From the IMG/VR virus record IMGVR_UViG_3300021082_000023, positions 794 to 64,793 of that record: DNA of 64,000 bases; one strand, written 5' to 3'. The DNA comes from a virus. Taxonomy: Duplodnaviria > Caudoviricetes. A program made the position numbers and the translations under genes. Below the pieces are notes generated by a model that was not told the origin of the DNA, made no database searches, and saw only the letters and a program-made list of their open reading frames with translations. Below are positions 16,899 to 24,655 of the stretch, in pieces (the stretch's first letter is position 1; each line of letters opens with the position of its first letter).

Positions 16899-17462
16899 CT
16901 ACAAAACCTCCGATAGAAATCTTCCAAACTTTGGATGCCAGGCCCCGCAGCCGATTTGCCGTCCAGCGATGTCCTGTACGAGAACGATGTTTTTCCGATC
17001 AATGATTTCATCGTCGTATTCCAACTCAAACTCGCAGCTCCATCCGGTCGGGAACATTGGACGAATGCTCATCACGCCAAGCTTCGTCGGTTTTTTTAAT
17101 TGAAAGGTGCTGGCCACCCAGAGCGCCTCTAGTGTGCGAGGGCCTGAATAATTCAGAGGAACGATCTCGTTTGTTACCAAGACTGCCGCCTCCACGTCCT
17201 TTCCGAGCTTCAGCTTTCTGGCCCCAAACTTAATGCACGCTTCGATATTATCGTTCGGCATGAATGGACCCGACTCCTCATCGAAGTACAGCGAGCCCTC
17301 CCACCGTAATCGATAGAGCAGTTCGTAATCCGTTTCGGTTTTCTTCCGCTTGTTTGTGATCTCTTTGCAGCGCTTCACGTATTCATTCAAGGGATCCATC
17401 ATCAACCCGTTCGACATCAGCAATGGGCGAATGCCCGTCCATTTCATCTTGATCGTTTCCAT
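16899..17462 (-). CDS. RAMP/Cas7-like RNA-binding protein (Vipr-like)
   Basis: AGGAG RBS, 187 aa; WTGIRPLLM (beta1), FMPNDNIEACIKFGA, RPMFPTGWSCEF, C-terminal G-loop AGRQIGCGAWHPKFGRF. Confidence 0.8.
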   Translation of the reverse strand: METIKMKWTGIRPLLMSNGLMMDPLNEYVKRCKEITNKRKKTETDYELLYRLRWEGSLYFDEESGPFMPNDNIEACIKFGARKLKLGKDVEAAVLVTNEIVPLNYSGPRTLEALWVASTFQLKKPTKLGVMSIRPMFPTGWSCEFELEYDDEIIDRKNIVLVQDIAGRQIGCGAWHPKFGRFLSEVL

Positions 17463-17534
17463 CTGTCGCTCCTGTTTCAACTCCAAGTTTTGCCGGAACC
17501 GTCCGCCTCTCGCTCGCGGCCCCGGCAAACTCAT

Positions 17535-17987
17535 CTACGGATTTGGATCTTCCGGCGTATTTGCGGTCAGCGCGGCGAGTGTCTCCGCAGTCTGATCCGA
17601 AATCTTTGTGGAAATGGCACCAAGTGCCGCCTCCTGTTCCGCGGTGAGTCCGGGGTGATCGGCGATGTATTTATCCACCGCTGCCTGCACCATTGCCGGA
17701 ACGCCCTTGATGTACGTAACGGCCGAATCCTGGACCGTTTCGCCTGCTTCAACTTTTGCGGTCAAATCCGCAATAACTTCGTCAATCGTCATTTTGTTTT
17801 TCTCCGTCGAAATGGGGTTGTGCGTTACAGGACGCAGGATGTACGCCTCCAACGCGGTTGTTAATTTGTCATTGGATTGAGACAGGCGCCTGCTCAACGA
17901 CTGCAGCTGTCTCACCCGCTGCCGCTGATTCTCGTGATCCTCGTTTTCGTGAATGTGAACGTGGATATGAATTTCCGGGAATTTCAT
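17535..17987 (-). CDS. Coiled-coil protein with an N-terminal HIHVHIH motif and C-terminal ANTP
   Basis: ATGA overlap with the upstream gene; heptad pattern. Confidence 0.6.
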   Translation of the reverse strand: MKFPEIHIHVHIHENEDHENQRQRVRQLQSLSRRLSQSNDKLTTALEAYILRPVTHNPISTEKNKMTIDEVIADLTAKVEAGETVQDSAVTYIKGVPAMVQAAVDKYIADHPGLTAEQEAALGAISTKISDQTAETLAALTANTPEDPNP

Positions 17988-18538
17988 TTCGTCATACTCC
18001 AACTGATTGCTGTTGTGTTATTCGCAGCGTCCCAAATGGTGAGACGCAGAGTGTGAAGTCCGATCGGAACTGTCTTTGCGTTCCAGCGAACGTAAATGGG
18101 ACTGGGCTGCACATCGATTCCATTCCCAAACGGCGTGGCCAGCTTGCCGTCGACTTCGAGCTTTCCGCCCACAACTCCGACGTTGTCCGTAGCGGTCACC
18201 GTGAGCGGCAGTCCGTTATTCGCCGCCAGTAGCTTCACGTTGCCCGGCAGCAAGTTCACTCCGGCGCTATTGGTCACGCTGACAATCACGGGGCTCTGCG
18301 TGTCGTTGCTCTGCGGCGAGATTCCGATGCTCGCCTGCAGCTGCGCGAATGGCGTGTTGGTGAATTTGATCTGTACGGGCGGGCCATTGCCGACGATGGG
18401 CAGGCACTGGTAGGCGACGTCGTGATCGGGGAGCTGTGGGGGTCCAGCCCAAGCGATGACTGCCAGCGAAAGCAGAATCACGGCAGTCGTCAGGTAATTT
18501 ATTTTTCGGTGAGTCGATCGCGCTTCGTTCAATTTCAA
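17984..18538 (-). CDS. Exported protein with a bacterial Ig-like (Big_7-type) domain
   Basis: Hydrophobic N-terminus; VTATDNVGV...WNAKTVPIGLHTLRLTIWDAANN. Confidence 0.65.
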   Translation of the reverse strand: MKLNEARSTHRKINYLTTAVILLSLAVIAWAGPPQLPDHDVAYQCLPIVGNGPPVQIKFTNTPFAQLQASIGISPQSNDTQSPVIVSVTNSAGVNLLPGNVKLLAANNGLPLTVTATDNVGVVGGKLEVDGKLATPFGNGIDVQPSPIYVRWNAKTVPIGLHTLRLTIWDAANNTTAISWSMTK

Positions 18539-18780
18539 TCTCCGATCTCGGCAATATGGGAACAGGCGAATATGGCCGCCGGGTACGGGCCACTCTGGAT
18601 CCGATACCAGGGTGCGCCGCAGCCGTTGTCATCGGGCAGGTGAGGCGTTTCGATCTGTATGGGCTTCCCACGCAATTCCTGCCAGGCGATCGTGTTGGGA
18701 AGAACTCCGGGATAGGCCCGATGGTGTTCATCAATTTCCCGCCAGTGCACATCCCGATAGCGCGTCTGGATCGTGTTCAC
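18535..18780 (-). CDS. Hypothetical protein
   Basis: 81 aa, coupled overlaps. Confidence 0.5.
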   Translation of the reverse strand: MNTIQTRYRDVHWREIDEHHRAYPGVLPNTIAWQELRGKPIQIETPHLPDDNGCGAPWYRIQSGPYPAAIFACSHIAEIGD

Positions 18781-19085
18781 GGACCCTCCTTTTTCATTCC
18801 GCGTCCATAAACGCCGGCCGCCTGTAAATTATTTCGGACGCCATGGTTGCTGTAACCCATTTGCCGAGCAATCTCCGCAACAGTTGGGCGAGACGGATCC
18901 AGATACAGTCGAACCATTTCCGCGCGGATTGCAGCCTTGGTAACCCGAACCTCCAATGCAGCCTCTTCGTCGAGCTCCTGCGGTCGAACGCGGGCCCGAC
19001 GCTGCTCTTCGATAGCGCACACACGCTCGACCAAAGCTGCCAGAACCATCGGAATGAGAGAGCCATTGAGTTCGTCATTGCACAT
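18777..19085 (-). CDS. HTH DNA-binding protein (possible late regulator)
   Basis: PTVAEIARQMGYSNHGVRNNLQAAG. Confidence 0.65.
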   Translation of the reverse strand: MCNDELNGSLIPMVLAALVERVCAIEEQRRARVRPQELDEEAALEVRVTKAAIRAEMVRLYLDPSRPTVAEIARQMGYSNHGVRNNLQAAGVYGRGMKKEGP

Positions 19086-19088
19086 GCC

Positions 19089-19310
19089 TCACGGTTGCTC
19101 CGGCATCGCGATAGGTTTCGCAGTGGGTAGCGGTGGCGCCGGCGCGTTGGGTTGTTGCGTCTGCGGCACGGGTAGATGCAACGGCTGCGCATCTGGACCG
19201 GGCCCACTGTTCAACGGAATCACCAACTGCGTGCCCTGGATGGGTTCGAGCTCCACGCAGCTGGTGACCGCCCCCCCGGACAGGAATAAGAATGCGATGA
19301 AGAATTTCAT
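19089..19310 (-). CDS. Pro-rich predicted lipoprotein
   Basis: MKFFIAFLFLSGGAVTSC lipobox; Pro-rich mature region. Confidence 0.5.
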   Translation of the reverse strand: MKFFIAFLFLSGGAVTSCVELEPIQGTQLVIPLNSGPGPDAQPLHLPVPQTQQPNAPAPPLPTAKPIAMPEQP

Positions 19311-19441
19311 AGACAATAGTCCTCACGTTGAGTCGCCAGAAACTCGAGGTCGCAGACGACCACAGGCTTCTCCCACGCAGTGCAGTCCTCGTAAATCACG
19401 CGGTCGATGCGTGCCGCGAGGGAATCGGGTCCGGCGTTCAT
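19307..19441 (-). CDS. Small hypothetical protein (44 aa)
   Basis: MNAGPDSLAARIDRV...; ATGA overlaps at both ends. Confidence 0.45.
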   Translation of the reverse strand: MNAGPDSLAARIDRVIYEDCTAWEKPVVVCDLEFLATQREDYCL

Positions 19442-20088
19442 CGCAAACCTCCAAGCCGGGCCTGTACCGGCTTTTGAAATTTCAGTTTCGGTGCTCGGAC
19501 TTTCCGGACTTTCTCGGTGGGATACTTGATCGCGCCGATCACTTCGCGCTGGTGGTAGGGCAGCCGCGCGTTGTCGAGATCGCTCATCACCAGCGCCTCA
19601 CCGATTTTCGCCAGGACAAACGCGTCGGCCATGTTGTCGTCGGTGAGCTCGAGGCCGAACCGATGCGCAACCGCGGCGATCACCTGGCCTTTCTCCGCAA
19701 AACCTTTGCCGGTGGCAAACTTTTTCAGCGACGTCGGCGCGACTTCGACCGGAGTGTGTCCGATCTTGCGCAGCTGGTACCGCACGATGCCGCCGAGCTC
19801 GCGGATGGCGGTAGCGAACTGCAGATTGGATCCGAACGAATACCCTTCGATCACGACGGTGTGGGCGTGCTGGGCCCAGGCGAGAACCATGGCTGTGATG
19901 GCTTCCCAGCGCTGCAGGACTCCGGCCGGCACGGGTGAGATACAGACGCCCTGATACAGAATCCCGGCGAGTTCTTGAGCTTTGGACGGATACGCGGGAA
20001 GCCGGGGAAGCGTGGGTGGCGCTTCGTCGATCGAGAGCATCGCGAGGCCGGTTCCGTTCAGCGAAAGATCGATCCCCAACACGTTCAT
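19438..20088 (-). CDS. RuvC-like Holliday junction resolvase
   Basis: VLGIDLS, VVIEG, LKKFATGKG, DNMADA catalytic motifs. Confidence 0.85.
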   Translation of the reverse strand: MNVLGIDLSLNGTGLAMLSIDEAPPTLPRLPAYPSKAQELAGILYQGVCISPVPAGVLQRWEAITAMVLAWAQHAHTVVIEGYSFGSNLQFATAIRELGGIVRYQLRKIGHTPVEVAPTSLKKFATGKGFAEKGQVIAAVAHRFGLELTDDNMADAFVLAKIGEALVMSDLDNARLPYHQREVIGAIKYPTEKVRKVRAPKLKFQKPVQARLGGLR

Positions 20089-20133
20089 GATTTCGCTCCC
20101 GGAGTCACTGTTTGCAGTGGGCGTTTATGGTTT

Positions 20134-20346
20134 TTATTCATCGTCACACCCCGGCTCCCTAGACTGGGATTTCCGCTCCCGTGTCTCGGTACCTTCAGCC
20201 CACAGCAGGACTTGCGGCGGCAGTGAAAGGCGTGCACGTTCTTCATCCAACTTGCGGTATCCCTCGATGATCCAGTCCGCAACGAACCGGTCACTTTCAG
20301 TCAGCCGGAGATCGTCGGAAACTGAAATCGCCTGCATTTCGCTCAC
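20134..20346 (-). CDS. Hypothetical protein
   Basis: GTGA overlap with the upstream stop. Confidence 0.45.
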   Translation of the reverse strand: MSEMQAISVSDDLRLTESDRFVADWIIEGYRKLDEERARLSLPPQVLLWAEGTETRERKSQSREPGCDDE

Positions 20347-20930
20347 GACTCGATGCCTGCCTGACGTTTGAGATCCTCAGCCTGCCGGCGGATTCGCGCC
20401 TCCCATTCCGGACCTTTGGCGGCAGCAATGTTCGGAGGAATCTCACGCGGCGCACCGGATGGATCCGCGTCGTCCGCCTTGGGCGCTGGAGCCATTTCGA
20501 TCTTCCGTGCGGCCTCAGCAACCATCTCCGCAAATTCGTTTCGTCGTTCTTCGGCGCTGGTTTCCTCGAACCGTTCGTCCTTGATCCGGTCTTCGATGAG
20601 CCGCTGGTTCTTCCGGCTTTCTTCCGTAAGGCGCTTATGGTTGTCTCTCGCAGCGTCGAGAGCGAACTGCCGGATGTGCGCGGGTACCGGAAACTCCTGA
20701 AGAATTCTCACTGCGAGTTCGAATCCCGCGTTGATATCAGCCTCCGACATATCCGCCAGCGCACACAGAAACGCATCCGGGCGATCCGGAAAGTCCTCAA
20801 GAGTCTTCCCGTACATCGGAAACGTCTGGGTGCACCTCCGGAGCCAGAGAACGATCAACGAAAGCCTTGAGTGCTCGGTTGTTTTTCTGTTCGTCGGTTT
20901 CACGATGTTTCCCATTTCCATTTGCTCCAT
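20343..20930 (-). CDS. Putative helicase loader/inhibitor (lambda P / G39P position)
   Basis: Follows the initiator; EFPVPAHIR motif; start uncertain. Confidence 0.5.
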   Translation of the reverse strand: MEQMEMGNIVKPTNRKTTEHSRLSLIVLWLRRCTQTFPMYGKTLEDFPDRPDAFLCALADMSEADINAGFELAVRILQEFPVPAHIRQFALDAARDNHKRLTEESRKNQRLIEDRIKDERFEETSAEERRNEFAEMVAEAARKIEMAPAPKADDADPSGAPREIPPNIAAAKGPEWEARIRRQAEDLKRQAGIES

Positions 20931-21618
20931 TTCGATTGAACTTGATTGAGTTCCGCATCCAGGTGCGCCAGGTTGCCTCCCAGTCGAGCCGGGTTTCACC
21001 CTTTCCGCGGAAGTGATCCAGCATCTGCTCGGTCTCGTTTTCGAGGTTCGCCGTCACCCCGTTTTTCGCTGCCCATTCGCGGTGCGTGGAAGTGATCGGA
21101 AAAATGAGAGGAGGTTTCGTTTTTCGCTTTTCGGACTTCGGTTCCCCATTCCCCTTTGGGTTCAATTTGGTTTCAATTGGGGGTTCCATGGGACTCTGTG
21201 TCCCTACTAGTGGTGACACAGTGTCCCTACCGTATGGACGCTGTGTCCCTACCTTCCCGTTTTGGTGGTGACTCTGTGTCCCTACTAGTGGTGACACAGT
21301 GTCCCTAGGAGTGGTGACGCTGTGTCCCTGATTACTTGGCTCAGAATCCTTAGTTGAGTGGTGACGCTGTGTCCCTACTAAAAGCGTGTAAACCGTCGTC
21401 TGAATCCCGCGCGATTTTCGGGCGATCAACTGGAGGGATTCCAGGGCCTGCACACACCTACCGACGCTGCGTCTAGTCATGCCGGTATCCGCCGCTAAAG
21501 ATGTGAGTGAGGGGTAGCATTGATGCTGTTTGTCGGCCCGGTTTGCCAGCACCATCAACACGTGTTTGCACGTATGCGGCGCGGTTTGCCGAATCGCCCA
21601 ATCGATGTCTTTGTTCAA
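20797..21618 (-). CDS. Replication initiator (HTH_36, lambda O-like)
   Basis: VLMVLANRAD...CYPSLTSLAADTGMTRRSVGRCVQAL; internal iterons; WEATWRTWMRN. Confidence 0.85.
   Translation of the reverse strand: MNKDIDWAIRQTAPHTCKHVLMVLANRADKQHQCYPSLTSLAADTGMTRRSVGRCVQALESLQLIARKSRGIQTTVYTLLVGTQRHHSTKDSEPSNQGHSVTTPRDTVSPLVGTQSHHQNGKVGTQRPYGRDTVSPLVGTQSPMEPPIETKLNPKGNGEPKSEKRKTKPPLIFPITSTHREWAAKNGVTANLENETEQMLDHFRGKGETRLDWEATWRTWMRNSIKFNRNGANGNGKHRETDEQKNNRALKAFVDRSLAPEVHPDVSDVREDS
21190..21380. repeat. Replication origin iterons, 7 copies of GACNCWGTGTCCCT
   Basis: Seven copies counted inside the initiator gene; AT-rich TTCAAT(T)TGG pair at about 21161-21180. Confidence 0.8.
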
Positions 21619-21649
21619 GAATCATTCCTGCTTCGATGAATCTTTCGCT

Positions 21650-21874
21650 TCACCCGAAAAGTTGATCCCACACCCAACCCATCGACGTCACCAGGCCGAT
21701 GAGCGACAGCGCCCCGCCGATCACCAGTAGGGTCATGTTGAAGGTGGAAATATTGCTGCGCGGCTCGTCTGTGGGAACGTACCAATGCCGCTGCCCTCCT
21801 GAGTCAGGAGGGGAGTTGTGCTGAATCTTCGGCTCGAGGAAGGTCCGAATATCATTCGCGGTAAACGATTTCAT
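21650..21874 (-). CDS. Small membrane protein
   Basis: GGAG RBS; C-terminal transmembrane segment. Confidence 0.5.
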   Translation of the reverse strand: MKSFTANDIRTFLEPKIQHNSPPDSGGQRHWYVPTDEPRSNISTFNMTLLVIGGALSLIGLVTSMGWVWDQLFG

Positions 21875-22019
21875 GGCTTTCTCCTTCTGTCGGTAGAGTT
21901 GAGAGTCGAGTTCTGGCGTGTGGAATCTCCTGCCGGCTGCCAGTGCCGAACAGGGGTTTAATTTCGATGGGAACCTCCGTCATCGTTCGGGTAGAATCTC
22001 GGGCTTCACGGAGGACAAT

Positions 22020-23144
22020 TTGGGGCGCAAGAAAACTGGATATATTCAGAAGCGCGGGGACTCGTTTCGAATCGCGTACCATGCGAACGGCCGCCGCCAA
22101 TTCGAAACCTTCAAAGACCGGGATGAAGCGGAGCGAGCGCTGGCTCGACGCCTGGCCGATGCTGCCGATGGGATCCCGGTATCGTCGCGGCCCAATACGG
22201 TTCTGTTTGGTGAGTTGTGTACCGACGTTCGGAATGAATACCTGGTCAATAAACGAAAGTCTCTGGCCTCCCTGGATTCCCGAATGGAAAAACACATCGT
22301 TCCCTTCTTCGGACTTCGCAAAGCCAGCCAGATCACGACCGCACTGATCAATTCCTACATCCTTCACCGTGAATCCGAAACTCCGAAGCCGAGCGATGGA
22401 ACCATCAGCCGGGAACTTCAGGCGATTCGACACGTGTTCATGCTGGCGAAGAAGGGCGGAAAGATTCTCCACATGCCCTACGTGACGCAGCGGCGAGAAA
22501 CGAATGTGCGTCAGGGTTTCTTTACCGCCGCGGAAGTCGAGCGGCTGTGCAGCCACCTGACGCCGATGCTGGGCCTGTTTGTGCGCTTTGCGTTCCTGAC
22601 TGGCTGGAGAAAAAGCGAGATCAGCGGATTGAAATGGAGCAACGTGGATCTTGTTGCCAATGAAATCAGGCTGGAGCCAGGAACGACAAAGAGCGGAGAA
22701 GGCCGGGTGTTTCCGATTACGGGCGAATTGCGGGAAGTCCTTGCCAGCGCGTCGACACTCGCATCCCAAGACCGGGCAGCCAAGAGGATCGTGGACCGCA
22801 AAAAGGTGGCCACACTGACACCGCGCCACTGCTTCGAAATCGACAGGCTTCCAATTGGTGACATCCGTAAGTCGTGGCTGACCGCCATGCACAAGGCCGG
22901 GTTGCCGTGTGTCTACGATGCCGCCGGCAAGAAAGCAATCAAGGCGCTGCGTATCTTTCACGACCTGCGCCGATCGGCTGCGAAGCGATTCGTTCAGGCT
23001 GGACTGAGCCAAAGTGCGGTCATGGCTCTTTGTGGATGGCAGACGCCAGAAATCTTCCATCGGTATCAGGTGCTGACGGTGGACGACTTGCGTGCTAGTC
23101 TGGAAGGAATGGAAGGGCCAAAAGAGCCCAAACTGGCGAAATAA
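22020..23144 (+). CDS. int: Tyrosine integrase
   Basis: GGAGG RBS then TTG; TGWRKSEI, HDLRRS, GWQT...YQV catalytic motifs. Confidence 0.93.
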   Translation: MGRKKTGYIQKRGDSFRIAYHANGRRQFETFKDRDEAERALARRLADAADGIPVSSRPNTVLFGELCTDVRNEYLVNKRKSLASLDSRMEKHIVPFFGLRKASQITTALINSYILHRESETPKPSDGTISRELQAIRHVFMLAKKGGKILHMPYVTQRRETNVRQGFFTAAEVERLCSHLTPMLGLFVRFAFLTGWRKSEISGLKWSNVDLVANEIRLEPGTTKSGEGRVFPITGELREVLASASTLASQDRAAKRIVDRKKVATLTPRHCFEIDRLPIGDIRKSWLTAMHKAGLPCVYDAAGKKAIKALRIFHDLRRSAAKRFVQAGLSQSAVMALCGWQTPEIFHRYQVLTVDDLRASLEGMEGPKEPKLAK

Positions 23145-23375
23145 AGAGCCAGAGTTTTTCGAACCACTTACGCGCCCGTAGCTCAGCTGGATAGAGCGTT
23201 GGTCTCCGAAACGGATGATTTCACGCATTGGATTTCGCCGGAAACCTCTCATAATAAGGAACATTGCTGAATCGGTTCGCCCGCATGCCGGGCTCATGGC
23301 GCCGTTCTTTCTGAGCCGACCTGTCTTGAGGTTTTGAAACCGCGGAATTTTCAGTAGAGCCCGGTAAAGAGCCCG
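23121..23375 (+). repeat. Putative integrase arm-type sites (A/T)AGAGCC(C/A) flanking attP
   Basis: Copies at 23121, 23143, 23355 and 23366, two on each side of the tRNA fragment. Confidence 0.5.
23172..23212 (+). pseudogene. attP core: 5' half of tRNA-Arg(CCG)
   Basis: GCGCCCGTAGCTCAGCTGGATAGAGCGTTGGTCTCCGAAAC has the acceptor 5' strand, D arm and anticodon loop; no T arm or 3' end follows. Confidence 0.85.
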
Positions 23376-23544
23376 ATTTCCAGCCCTCGATAACCTTGTC
23401 CCAATCGGTAAGGTCGACGAGAGGAAACTGTCTTCCAGGGACTTCCACGATTGGCAAATCCCCAGATCGTACCAGCCGGCGGACCAGGGCTATCCCGAGA
23501 CCTTTCGCTTTCGCAGCGGCTTTGATGGTGATTAGCGAAGGCAT
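23221..23544 (-). CDS. xis: Excisionase-like HTH protein
   Basis: LITIKAAAKAKGLGIALVRRLVRSGDLP; adjacent to attP. Confidence 0.7.
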   Translation of the reverse strand: MPSLITIKAAAKAKGLGIALVRRLVRSGDLPIVEVPGRQFPLVDLTDWDKVIEGWKSGSLPGSTENSAVSKPQDRSAQKERRHEPGMRANRFSNVPYYERFPAKSNA

Positions 23545-23879
23545 TAATGAAACATCCCCCGAATTTCCTCGACTTCGCTCTTCTTCCGCGTGAAGTCTCC
23601 CAACTCAAACGCTCCTGGGTGGGTCACTGAATTGTGGATTCCACAAACGGAGCAACGGTACAACACGATGGAATGGACACACGCCGGCAGCTGCACTTGA
23701 CGCACCTGAATCACTTCGAACAAATGCATCACTGCGCAGGGATGCTTCTTTTCTTCGACAGGGGGGGGTATGGCCGGTGGCGCCGGTTCCTTCTTCTTTG
23801 CAATCCGCAGCAATCCAATGACGATGAGGAGCGCAAACGTGCAGGCGGCGCCGGAGAGCAGGGCCAGAAAGGTATTCAT
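23544..23879 (-). CDS. Membrane-anchored hypothetical protein
   Basis: N-terminal TM segment, Pro linker, H/C motifs. Confidence 0.55.
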   Translation of the reverse strand: MNTFLALLSGAACTFALLIVIGLLRIAKKKEPAPPAIPPPVEEKKHPCAVMHLFEVIQVRQVQLPACVHSIVLYRCSVCGIHNSVTHPGAFELGDFTRKKSEVEEIRGMFH

Positions 23880-24082
23880 CGCTTCACCACCAGCCAGGCG
23901 ATCGCCAGCACCATCACGATCAGCGCCGCCGTGACCGTCGCACCGTCAACTCTCAACGAATCCAGGCACCTCGCAAACGCAATGAACTTCGGATTCCGCT
24001 CATCGCAGATGCGCAGCCCGATCAGCCAGTAGGCGAGGTAGCCCGCGGCGAGAATCAGGAGAACGACGGGAAAATACTTCAT
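23876..24082 (-). CDS. Small two-TM membrane protein
   Basis: Two hydrophobic segments; ATGA overlaps. Confidence 0.55.
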   Translation of the reverse strand: MKYFPVVLLILAAGYLAYWLIGLRICDERNPKFIAFARCLDSLRVDGATVTAALIVMVLAIAWLVVKR

Positions 24083-24246
24083 GAGTTCCCTGCTTGCTCA
24101 CCGGTATCTGTGGAACTAGAATCGTCACGTTCGTCGAGAAGCCGATAGTCTCCGGCCGGGATCGTGACCACGTCTCCCGGGTGTCGGAGCGTCAATTCCA
24201 GACGCTCGCCGGTCGCCAAATTCACTAAAGTGAAGGATTGATCCAT
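24079..24246 (-). CDS. Small hypothetical protein (may start at 24567)
   Basis: MDQSFTLVNLATGERLEL...; in frame with an upstream ATG that has a GGAG RBS. Confidence 0.4.
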   Translation of the reverse strand: MDQSFTLVNLATGERLELTLRHPGDVVTIPAGDYRLLDERDDSSSTDTGEQAGNS

Positions 24247-24478
24247 GACAAACCCCTTGACGTTAGAATGCGGTTCCTGTGGGAGAGTGTTGATGCAGCC
24301 CGTCATCCAGGACAACGGACGAATCGACCTTCGAATACAAAGCGGTAACGGCGTCGGCGTACAACTGAAGAAGGCGGACGATATGCATCTGAAGGCGATC
24401 TGCTCTTGTGGCGGGGAAACGATCGTGCCGGACGACGTGATGGCGTTTTTGAACAGGCCGCGCAAAAAGCCGGATTGA
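24245..24478 (+). CDS. Zn-ribbon protein
   Basis: CGSCG...CSCGG; AAGGA RBS. Confidence 0.55.
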   Translation: MTNPLTLECGSCGRVLMQPVIQDNGRIDLRIQSGNGVGVQLKKADDMHLKAICSCGGETIVPDDVMAFLNRPRKKPD

Positions 24479-24655
24479 ACGAAGCGGCGCACGCCCGGAT
24501 AAGTGGATAACCGGTCTTGTGGCGTCGGGTTTTGCTGTGAGGATTTGAGTTTTACTTCGCCCGACATCTCTACTCCAATGTCGGGATCAACGAACTAAGC
24601 GCCCTGGCAGGCAAGCGGATAGTGAAGGATTTACTAGAAGGCTGTCAACAGGATT

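Noticed and set aside
16623-17029. Protein-coding reading of the arrays (86-aa ORF 16769-17029 and 49-aa ORF 16623-16772, the latter with a GGAG upstream)
   Set aside because: A 5-nt period cannot come from codon structure, GC-rich repeats seldom contain stops, and the first ORF lies out of frame inside the RAMP gene. Incidental translation of the second is not excluded
23172-23250. Intact tRNA gene
   Set aside because: The anticodon stem 3' strand, T arm and acceptor 3' end are missing
23100-23600. Prophage boundary (attL or attR) with host DNA
   Set aside because: Phage genes continue on both sides (int and rep; xis, cI and cro)
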